DNA from: a virus
Lineage: Duplodnaviria > Caudoviricetes
Virus record (IMG/VR): IMGVR_UViG_3300031992_000077
Coordinates: 1 to 64,000 of that record
Length of the DNA stretch: 64,000 nt
Strand: one strand, 5' to 3'
The position numbers were made by a program, and so were the translations under genes. Position 1 is the first letter of the stretch, and every line of letters begins with the position of its first letter. Below the pieces are notes generated by a model. That model was not told the origin of the DNA. It did no database searches and saw nothing but the letters and a program-made list of their open reading frames with translations. Shown here piece by piece: positions 12,237 to 20,886 of the stretch.

Positions 12237-12247
12237 TATCTAATTTA

Positions 12248-13435
12248 TTAAGTTCCCTTAGTAACATTAACATCAGTAGTATCTTTAAGAACAGTAACAC
12301 TATCCTTATTCTTCCACTATGTATTTGCACCAGAGGCCGTAGCTTTAATATTTGTTGTAGTGGGTGTAACCGTAATTGTTGGCTAAGTATTAGTAAATGT
12401 GGCTGAAGAACCAATTACATTTGCTGTATTTGGTGTACCTAATCCAGTAAGTACAGTAATCGTATCTCCAACTTCTACATCTGTAACTATATCCGCGCCA
12501 GAACCACTAGTAGTAACACTACCAGTCGCAACTGTTGTCGCACTAGCCGCCGCGGTAGGAATTGTAATACTACTAGGCGCGCCCGCAGAATAAGTAGTCT
12601 GCGTATCCATTGTAGCTGCGCCGATAGATAAAACTCCGTTACTTACACTCACTCCCTTCAACCAATCTGTATTAGTTGAACTAGAAGTGCCAGCTCCAGT
12701 CGCAGTAGTTTGCGAAGAACGAGTTTTAACTACATCTGGAGTTGTACTTCCACTTACTCCAGTAACTGTAGTAGTAGCTAGTTTTTTTGTAGTTGGTGTA
12801 ACAGAACTAGCTGCGCTACCAGTTACCCCAGGATAAGAAGTAATAACTGTTTTCTAATCTTTGCTATTCCAAGCCGCGCCGCCACCAGTTGCATTTGCAC
12901 TTGTAATACCAGTGGCAACACTTATAATACCAGTTCCCGCGGTCGCACCAGTAGAAAGTTCAACGGTGGGCTAAGTAATAGTAAAAGTTGCATCAGTACC
13001 AATTACTGTATCAGTCTACTTAGTAAGACTTACACCAGTTACTACATTTGTTAAATCTAGCTAAGTATCTCCAACTTTTTCCCAAGTTTTACTACCTTCA
13101 GCGCCAACCGGCACATATTCATCATATTTATCCAGCGCACCGCCTGCCTAAGTTGCAGACTTCACAAGATAAAACGCGCCAGCTTGCGCGCTGCTAGTAC
13201 TTAATGTACCAGTATAATTAGTACCCTCATATGTAACAACTACTCCAGCAGGAATATTCGCAACTACTGGAGCGCTTGTTCCATCCCAGGCTATTACAAA
13301 AGATACACCACCTGCAATAGCCTAGCTTAAGGTATCTACAACGTCTCTAATTTCCCTATCTGCGATATAATAAGTATTACCAGAAGGCAAGGTTATTCTA
13401 TCTATAACAGGTACATTTACATCGACATATGGCAT
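12248..13435 (-). CDS. Thr/Gly/Ser-rich structural protein, 395 aa (code 15)
   Basis: ATG 13435 with AAGGAG RBS; open to TAA 12248 with TAG readthrough; contains DKYDEYV...WEKVGDT. Confidence 0.75.
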
Positions 13436-13449
13436 ATTTTTTATCTCCT

Positions 13450-13812
13450 TTAATTTCTATTAAAAATTAATGCTTCATTAACAACTTCGGAGTCGTCATT
13501 CACATTTAATTTATTATTCCAAAATAATTTTTCTGCTATAGTAACATGGATTTCAGGATTATTAATGTGATTTAAAATCTAATCCCTTAAATTGTCATTT
13601 ACAAACGGCAAATCCTATACATACGCGCGCCCATCACCAATTTTTATTGCGGGCACAGCGATAACTTTTTCAACTCCATCTATTATTTTTTTAGTAGTCG
13701 CATAGTCATTATAAACTATAAGTTCACCTTCTAATGGAATAAAACCTCTTGCGCTATTCCAATTAGCAGTTGTATCTCGCTTAAGTTTAATTCTAGCCTC
13801 TTTAACTCCCAT
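13450..13812 (-). CDS. Mtd-N/hyaluronidase-N-like fibre anchor protein, 120 aa (code 15)
   Basis: RIKLKRDTTANW...PLEGELIV...KIGDG motif. Confidence 0.7.
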
Positions 13813-13824
13813 ATAAACACCACC

Positions 13825-14148
13825 TTAATATATTGTAGTGGTACTTGTACCGCAATCTAATATTAAATTCTCAAATTCATCATCAACATATTCTTTTTTT
13901 GCATAATCTGTACCATCTAATAAATCTTCTACTTTTACAGTAGATAAAAGTTCTAACATTTGCTCACTAGTAATACCAAAATATTCTAGTTCCAACCAAT
14001 GCCTAACTCCATCGCCTATTTTCAAACCATATACATCATATGCAAATCCAGGTTCTCCTAAAGCTAAAACTGGATTAACTTCATTCCATTCTGCTTCAGT
14101 AGCGCGGCGCAGTTTAAATACTGTCTTTAAGACTTTTTTCGTAACCAT
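13825..14148 (-). CDS. Second Mtd-N/hyaluronidase-N-like protein
   Basis: FKLRRATEAEW..VNPVLALGEPGF...KIGDG motif; ends LDCGT; start placed at the ATG after a GCGGTGA RBS. Confidence 0.7.
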   Translation of the reverse strand: MVTKKVLKTVFKLRRATEAEWNEVNPVLALGEPGFAYDVYGLKIGDGVRHWLELEYFGITSEQMLELLSTVKVEDLLDGTDYAKKEYVDDEFENLILDCGTSTTTIY

Positions 14149-14302
14149 ATACATCACCGCCATCAAAAATAATTATTAAATCTAAATCAATATCAGCCTC
14201 ACTATTTATCGCATGAAAATCGCCCTTAAAATTTACTTCTTCACTACTAGATTTAAAACTAGTTTTGAAATAACTATCTATAGTTTTCATTCTGCTTTTC
14301 AT
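14114..14302 (-). CDS. Small hypothetical structural-module protein (62 aa)
   Basis: TAATG coupling to the upstream gene; IIFDGGD motif. Confidence 0.5.
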   Translation of the reverse strand: MKSRMKTIDSYFKTSFKSSSEEVNFKGDFHAINSEADIDLDLIIIFDGGDVYGYEKSLKDSI

Positions 14303-14634
14303 TAAATCTCACCATCCAGTAAAACATCACCGAGCCTATCTTTCATTACATCGCTTGCTAAACACTGTCCATTTGTTAATTTAACTCGAATCTAAACTAA
14401 AATAAGAGAATCGCGCTATCTATCAAGCCAGCTATATTTTTCAAAAGACAAAGTATCTTCTTGCGAAAGCTATAAAGTGATTGTTTCTTCATCGGGCTAA
14501 AAAGTTACATCTGATAATTCTTTAGTAAAACAAACTTTTCCTTTCTAAAAATAAGTAATTTTTAAAACGCTTACTTCATTTTGGTCAAAAGGAAAATAAA
14601 ATATATGTTTCGGAGTTGTGCCTCTGTAAGTCAT
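14302..14634 (-). CDS. Small beta-rich (BppU-N/Ig-like) protein, 110 aa, 5 TAG
   Basis: MTYRGTTPKHIF...LSQEDTLSF...IRVKL; absent from the ORF track. Confidence 0.65.
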
Positions 14635-14656
14635 ATTCTTTACTCCTTATATCTTC

Positions 14657-14800
14657 TTAAATAATCTAATACTCACCATCATACACTGGTGGTATTATAT
14701 CTTTTGGAATAGTAATAATTCCTTTAAGTATTTCATCATCCGCGGATAATTTTCCAATTAAACTCTCAACCGCAGATAACTTTCCAATTAATTTTTCCAT
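14657..14800 (-). CDS. Small hypothetical protein (47 aa)
   Basis: LIGKLSA twice, then PVYDGEY; fits the operon packing. Confidence 0.5.
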
Positions 14801-14801
14801 C

Positions 14802-15155
14802 TTATTCTACCTCTGGAGTTATTATAAAGTCAGCATTATTTATAAATGTATCTACTTCATTGTTTGCAAAAGTAATCTATAAATCATATTTATAATTTCC
14901 AAAAGGTAGATTTTTAGTATCTTCGGGGTCTAACTTTAACTACATACTATTATAAGGAATATCTTTTATTATTAACGGCTCTTTATCAACAAATTGCGTT
15001 TTATTCACATTCATTTTTGCACTTTTTAATGCAAATCTTATTTTATCCGCAGCTACTGGAATATACGGATTTTTATCTTTAGTAGTTAATGTTATTAAAA
15101 CTTTTAAAGTGTCCCCTCTGGTTAAAGAAATTGTAGTACCATTTATTTTATACAT
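14802..15155 (-). CDS. BppU-N-like Ig-fold protein, first gene of the accessory fibre operon, 117 aa
   Basis: ISLTRGDT...IRFALK...DTKNLPFGNYKYDL(TAG)ITF; GGAGG RBS. Confidence 0.65.
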
Positions 15156-15186
15156 TCACTACACCTCCAAAGGACTTAATAATACT

Positions 15187-15206
15187 CTATAAATTAAGTA
15201 AGTTAT
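15187..15206 (-). promoter_or_regulatory. Candidate phage late promoter ATAACTTACTTA-N3-TATAG
   Basis: Near-identical to 412-431; heads the 13-kb minus-strand operon. Confidence 0.55.
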
Positions 15207-15245
15207 ATCCGCGTAAGCTCTATTTTTCTCAGACCATTTTAAAAT

Positions 15246-15274
15246 TTGAAAAAGCTCGGAAATTATGATATAAT
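15246..15274 (+). promoter_or_regulatory. sigmaA-type promoter
   Basis: TTGAAA-17 nt-TATAAT preceded by TGA. Confidence 0.8.
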
Positions 15275-15363
15275 AAAAGAGTAGTAAGTAAGATAAATAA
15301 TAAAATAAAATAGGAATAATATATAAATATAATATATATATTAAAGGAGATATATAAAAAAAT

Positions 15364-16491
15364 ATGAAAGGTTATGTTGATGGTTTTGACTGGTATAACG
15401 CAGAAGCCATGAAATACTGGAGTATCCCTTCGTCTTATAGCGCAGAAAAAGGAAAAACTGAAATTAAAAATGCTATCTTTAGCGGACGTTATTATGGGGC
15501 ACTTAAAGTAGACGGATATTATCAACGTCTTATTAAGGATGAAGACGGTAACTGTTTTATGGTTGCGCGCTCAAAAAATGTAAAAGGTGAACCAACTGAT
15601 AAATACGACTGGGTTCCGCAGCTTCATAAATTTATGGATAGTTTACCTAATGGAACCGTTTTACTTAGTGAATGTTATTTACGTGATAATGAAGGTTCAC
15701 AAAAAATAACTAGTCTACTGGGATGTCTTAAAGATAAATGTATAGAGCGGCAAAAGAAAGACCAGTGGCTTAGCTTTTATATTTTTGATATTTGTGCTTA
15801 TAACGGTAAAAATTTAATTAATACTCCTTTTAAAGAAAGAATAGATATTTTAATAGACCTCTCATTTAAATATAAAACCGCGCCACTTAATAGTGTATGT
15901 TCTTGTATTACTTGGGCTGAATATTTTTATGGAGAATCTTTATGGAACGAATTACAGAATTACCTAGCTAGCGGGCGAGAAGGTGTAGTAATTACACGAG
16001 AAGATTGTCCTATTTATTTTAAGCGCACCCCAGCGCACATAACAATTAAAGTCAAAAAAGAATTACGAGAAAGCCTAGACTGCTTCTTTACAGGGCGCGC
16101 GACGCCTCCGACCAGAATATACAGTGGTATTAGCCTGCCCAGTTGGGAATATTGGGAAGACCCGATTACAAAAGAAAAACTTAAGGGTAATTATTATAGA
16201 GAATATATGAACGGCGCGCCGATTGAGCCAGTTACTAAGTCTTATTTTAATGGAATGGCCGGCAGCCTAGAAATAGGAGTTCTTCGAGATGGAAAAGTAT
16301 ATCCTATTGGTTATCTTAGCGGTCTTAGTGACGAAATTAAAAGTAACTATAAAGAATATACTGGAAAGTGTTTAGAAGTTGGGGCAATGCAATTTACAGA
16401 AGGGAATAATGCATTAAGACACGCGAAAATGATTAGACTTCGTCCTGATCTTAATGTAGAAGATTGTACTTGGGAGAAACTTGGATTGTGA
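15364..16491 (+). CDS. ATP-dependent DNA ligase
   Basis: Motif I LKVDG, then FYIFD, EGVV, IKVKK, LRHAK...RPD; no TAG. Confidence 0.85.
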   Translation: MKGYVDGFDWYNAEAMKYWSIPSSYSAEKGKTEIKNAIFSGRYYGALKVDGYYQRLIKDEDGNCFMVARSKNVKGEPTDKYDWVPQLHKFMDSLPNGTVLLSECYLRDNEGSQKITSLLGCLKDKCIERQKKDQWLSFYIFDICAYNGKNLINTPFKERIDILIDLSFKYKTAPLNSVCSCITWAEYFYGESLWNELQNYLASGREGVVITREDCPIYFKRTPAHITIKVKKELRESLDCFFTGRATPPTRIYSGISLPSWEYWEDPITKEKLKGNYYREYMNGAPIEPVTKSYFNGMAGSLEIGVLRDGKVYPIGYLSGLSDEIKSNYKEYTGKCLEVGAMQFTEGNNALRHAKMIRLRPDLNVEDCTWEKLGL

Positions 16492-16862
16492 GTAGTTACG
16501 AAGAACAAGTGGCGCTTATATTAAAAAAAGAACGTATAAAATTTCAAAGAGAAAAAACCTATTCAGATTTAAAACACGGTAGGTTTAGATATGATTTTTA
16601 TTTACCTACTTTAAATTTTTTAATAGAATTAGATGGGTAGTTTCATTGGAATCCCATACGTGGAGAATAGGAGTTAAAAAAATAGCGCGAGCATGATAGA
16701 TAGAAAAATTCCTATGCACTTGCGCATAATATACCTTTATTTAGAATCCCGTATTGGGATTTAGATAGCGGCGTTATAAAAACTTTTAATGACCTTATTC
16801 AAAAAAAATATCATGTAGTTAATAAATGGCATAATGATAGAATAAAAGTCCCAAAAAAATAA
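16488..16862 (+). CDS. DUF559/Vsr-like PD-(D/E)XK endonuclease, 124 aa, 4 TAG
   Basis: GTG start overlapping the ligase stop; RYDFYLP...IELDG(TAG)FH...HDR(TAG)KN...FRIPYW. Confidence 0.75.
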
Positions 16863-16904
16863 AGTAATATCAAACTAAACTCTACTTTATGTAGAGGTGA
16901 TGGT

Positions 16905-17402
16905 ATGAATATTTTTAAAGATATAGTCGATTGGTCGCTCTCAGATTTTGCAAGTTTTTTCGGCGGCTTAATTATATTAATTTATATTTTTTCTGAGGTC
17001 TTTAAAAAAGTCACAGAATAGACTAAATGGGCTTAGGAAAGAAAAAAAGAAAGAGAAAAAGTAAAACGAGAAGCTGCACATGATTAGTATAAAGAATTTA
17101 CAGACGAATTTGTAAAAGAATTTGTGCCTCCACTTGTAGCTCATTTTGAACAATCTGATAAAGAAATAATTAAAAAATTAGATCAACTAAATAATTCCTC
17201 AAATGATATGTTAAGAAAATAGATGACTGATATTTATTATAAGTATCTACCTTATAAAAAAATATTATAGTATGATAAAAAATGTTTTATTAAATTATAT
17301 CATGACTACGGCGCGCAAGGTGGTAATTCATATGTAGATGAATTAAAAAAAGAAATAGATACTTGGGAAGTAGTTTTAACTGAGGAAGATTTACATTGGT
17401 AA
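16905..17402 (+). CDS. Membrane-anchored protein of a type often found near phage lysis genes, 165 aa, 5 TAG
   Basis: N-terminal hydrophobic helix FFGGLIILIYIF; C-terminal DMLRKQMTDIYY...LYHDYGAQGGNSYV. Confidence 0.6.
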
Positions 17403-17409
17403 ATTTTAG

Positions 17410-17455
17410 AAGAGAAAAGTTATAATTTGACTTTTCTCTTTTTTTATGTTATAAT
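17410..17455 (+). terminator. Intrinsic terminator fused with a sigmaA promoter
   Basis: 11-bp stem AAGAGAAAAGT/ACTTTTCTCTT plus T-tract; -35 TTGACT at 17427 overlaps the loop and 3' arm; TGT-TATAAT at 17450. Confidence 0.75.
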
Positions 17456-17487
17456 ATAATTAGAAAAAAATAGGAGTAGTAGAATTT

Positions 17488-18561
17488 ATGGAATATATTA
17501 TTTATTGTATTCTTGGAGTTTTACTATTATTTTTTATTGTTCTCTTTTTTAGACAGCAAAAATAGAATAAATATTTATTAGAAGAAAATAAAAAAATAGA
17601 AGAAAATAAATTAGAAGAATTAAATTAGAAATATAATAAAAGAAAGGAGTTCCTCGAAGAAGATTATAATAAAAAATAGGAGTATCTTCAAGATTAGTAT
17701 AAAAAAAGAGAAAATCAATTATATCAAGATTTCTATCAAGCGCAATAGAATTATAATGAAATAACTGAAAATTTAAATTAGAATTTTAAAAGATATAAAG
17801 AGTCCTAGTATAAATTAATACAAGAAGATTTAGAAGAATATAGTAAAAATGAAAAATTTAAAAAATAGATTGAAATAGAAAAAAATACTTAGGAACTTTA
17901 TGAACAATATATAAAAAAACAAAAGCTACTTGAAGAAGAATTTCAATCTAAAAAAGCAGAAATAGAATTTGAAATAAAAGAAACTTATGATGATGCCGCA
18001 GAAGCTGCGTTAGAATACTGCGATATACTTGAAACTTTAGATGATTTTCGCAGACGGCGCGAGGTCGTAAATTCATAGGTATTGCGTGAAAAACAAATAC
18101 AAGAAGAAAAAGATTTTTATCGTATTTGTCTTAGTTAGAATGATATAGAAGACCTATAGATTATAAAAGATATAGAACATAAATTTAATAATAAAGAAGT
18201 TCTTCATAAAGCGGCTTTTGACTGTTATGTACGACGGCCGCTATCTGAGATGGAAAAACGAGTCTTAGGTAATAAAAAACCAAGTGGAATTTATATTATA
18301 ACCTATATTCCTACTGGAGAAATATATATAGGTCGTTCAACTGATATAGCAAATCGTTGGACAGAGCATGTAAAAAGTGCGTTTAATCTTGGTACTATCG
18401 CGCATAGCTCTCTCCATACAAAGATGGAAGAAAAAGGAATTTGGAATTTTACTTTTTAGATTTTAGAAGAAGTTTCAAAAGAAAAATTAAATGAAAGAGA
18501 GAAATATTGGATTAATTTATATGGCGCGACAACGCTAATGAATTAGAAATAGGGTGGATAA
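17488..18561 (+). CDS. Transmembrane helix + coiled coil + GIY-YIG endonuclease, 357 aa, 15 TAG
   Basis: YIIYCILGVLLLFFIVLFF helix, long E/K/Q-rich heptad region, then SGIYIITYIPTGEIYIGRSTDIANRWTEH...ERE...N. Confidence 0.8.
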
Positions 18562-19614
18562 ATGAATTTAAGTAAAAAATAGAAAGAAATAGTTGAATCA
18601 CCATATCCAAAAATAGTTGTTAATGCTGCAGCAGCTAGCGGAAAAACAGCTCTTATAGTAGAGCGAGTTAAATTTATGCTCTCACGCGGTTATATGCCAG
18701 AACGTATAGTTGTTATTACTTTTACTACAGCCGCGGCAGATGAGATGAGAAAGAGAATTGGTTATGTTGATGGCTTATTTATTGGAACTATTCATGCTTA
18801 TGCACTTTATCTTTTAAGTGTATATGGTTTAAATGAAAAGGCATTATAGTATATAAATGAAGAAAAATTTGATAGTCTTTTTGCTATGGTAAAAAGACAT
18901 AGAAAATGCATTAAACAAGTAGATTATCTTATGGTAGATGAAGCTCAAGACTGTTCAGAGAATGAATGGGAATTTTTTGCGTTAATAGACCCTGCTGGGT
19001 TTTTCTATTGCGGTGACACAAAACAATGCATTTATGAATGGCGAGATGCAAGACCAGCTGATTTTTTAGAAATAGCGTCTTATGAAGAAGTACATACATA
19101 TTCTCTTGATGAAAATTATCGGAATGGATACTCCATTCTTAACTTTGCAAAAGATATTATAACTCGTACTAAATCTCATATGTATGATGACTCAATACCA
19201 ATGCGTCATACCTCTGGAAAGGTCTAGTGGGTTGAATTTAACTTAGGTAATATAGCTAAATTAATTAAAAATAGTAAGGAACCTTATGGTAGCTGGTTCG
19301 TACTAGCGCGCACCAATGATTAGATAGAAAGTATATAGTATATCCTAGATTCATATGGAGTCCCAAATATTACCTTTAAACGTGGCGGGAAAAGCTTTGA
19401 TGAATTAGACGCACTCACTAAAGAAGATAAAGTAAAAGTCTTAACTATTCACACAGCGAAGGGACTTGAAGCGGATAATGTGGTCGTTATTGGGGCTAGA
19501 CTATGGGGTGATGAGGAAATAAGACTAGCTTACGTAGCGGCAACTCGTGCGAGAGAAAATTTATATTGGGTATATAACAAAAAGAAAAAAGCTAATATAG
19601 AAAGTTGGGAATAA
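18562..19614 (+). CDS. Compact UvrD/Rep-type SF1A helicase, 350 aa, 5 TAG
   Basis: LSKK(TAG)KEIV Q-motif, AAAASGKT, DEAQD, GDTKQCIYEWR, ENYR, VLARTND, TIHTAKGLE, EIRLAYVAATRA. Confidence 0.9.
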
Positions 19615-19619
19615 AATAA

Positions 19620-19844
19620 ATGGAAAAGATTAAATTAAGAAAAGAGATAAAATTTCCTGGAATTCCAATACATATAGAAGAAAATTATATTAAAAACGAA
19701 ATAATTATTACTCATGCATATCGTTTTGATGATGATTCTGGAACCCGAATCATGCTTAGAGGTGTATTACGCGCGGAAGATGGAGATGAAATTCCATATA
19801 TTCAACCATATGAACTTAAGAATACAGGTGAAACTAATGTTTAA
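19620..19844 (+). CDS. Hypothetical protein (74 aa)
   Basis: Track ORF; packs between the helicase and the next gene. Confidence 0.6.
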   Translation: MEKIKLRKEIKFPGIPIHIEENYIKNEIIITHAYRFDDDSGTRIMLRGVLRAEDGDEIPYIQPYELKNTGETNV

Positions 19845-20001
19845 AGTTAAATATAAATATACTGGTGATATTTATACTGTTCTAGATGTTAAATATGATG
19901 AATATTATTAGATTACTCGTTTTCTTATGTGGGTTGATGATGAATGGAAATGGGTAAGAGCTGATAATTTTGTACCGCCAAACTATGAAGGAAGTCAATA
20001 A
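19837..20001 (+). CDS. Hypothetical protein (54 aa, 1 TAG)
   Basis: MFKVKYKYTGDIYTVLDV...FLMWVDDEWKWVRADNF; AGGTGA RBS. Confidence 0.6.
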
Positions 20002-20032
20002 ATTTGACTTCTTTTTTAATTTATGGTATAAT
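19991..20032 (+). terminator. Hairpin/T-tract fused with a sigmaA promoter
   Basis: GAAGTCAA/TTGACTTC stem whose 3' arm is the -35 TTGACT (20004); TGG-TATAAT at 20027. Confidence 0.7.
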
Positions 20033-20139
20033 ATTTATAGAAAATGAAAATAGAAAATTTTACCTATTAAAAATATTATAACTGGACTAAAATTATATAC
20101 CTCATTTAATCCAGTTTCACTTATATATGAGGTGATAAT

Positions 20140-20886
20140 ATGAGTAAATTAAAAAATGAAATTGGAAATACATATGGGTATTTAACAGTTATAGGGCGCG
20201 CGCCGAATAATAAAGATGGTCGCGCAATGTGGAAATGTAGATGTAAATGTGGGAATGAAATTATAGTTTCTGGGAAACATTTACGTTCTGGTAATACTAA
20301 ATCTTGCGGCTGTTATTAGAAAGAACGTGCGATTGAATCAAATCTTATTAGGGGCGGAGATTTAACTGGAAAAAGATTTGGTAAATTAGTAGTTTTATGT
20401 GAAGATGGTTTTATAACTGGTTCAAATGGAAAAAGACGTAGATTATGGAAATGTCAATGTGATTGTGGGAATATTTGTTCTATTCAACACCAATATTTAA
20501 ATTATGGCGATACTACTTCTTGTGGTTGTATTAATTCAGTAGGAAATATGACAATTACAAGATTATTAAATAAATCTAATCATAAATATAAAGCAGAATA
20601 TTCTTTTAAAGATTTTATTTGTAATACCAAACCATATCAATTCGATTTTGCTCTTTTAGATAATGACGATAATTTGTTAGGACTAATAGAGTATCAAGGA
20701 GATATTCATTTTGTATATAAAGATATTGGTTGGAATACTAAAGAATCTTTTGAAGAAAGAGTAAAACGAGATAAAGAAAAATTTAATTATTGTAAAGAAC
20801 ATAATATAAAATTATTTTATATTACATATAAAGATGATATAGAAGAAAAATTATAGGAGATATTAAATGAGTTATACAGCAGATGA
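20140..20886 (+). CDS. Free-standing putative homing endonuclease: two Cys-rich DNA-binding repeats plus DUF559/Vsr-like nuclease, 248 aa, 2 TAG
   Basis: Two copies of G..FG.L.V...WKC.C.CGN......L..G.T.SCGC, then QFDFALL...LIEYQGDIH. Confidence 0.75.

Noticed and set aside
707-15525. Track ORFs 707..955, 5270..5458, 6049..6267, 7449..7730, 12175..12414, 12399..12593 and 15229..15525
   Set aside because: They overlap better-supported code-15 genes or promoter regions on another frame or strand.
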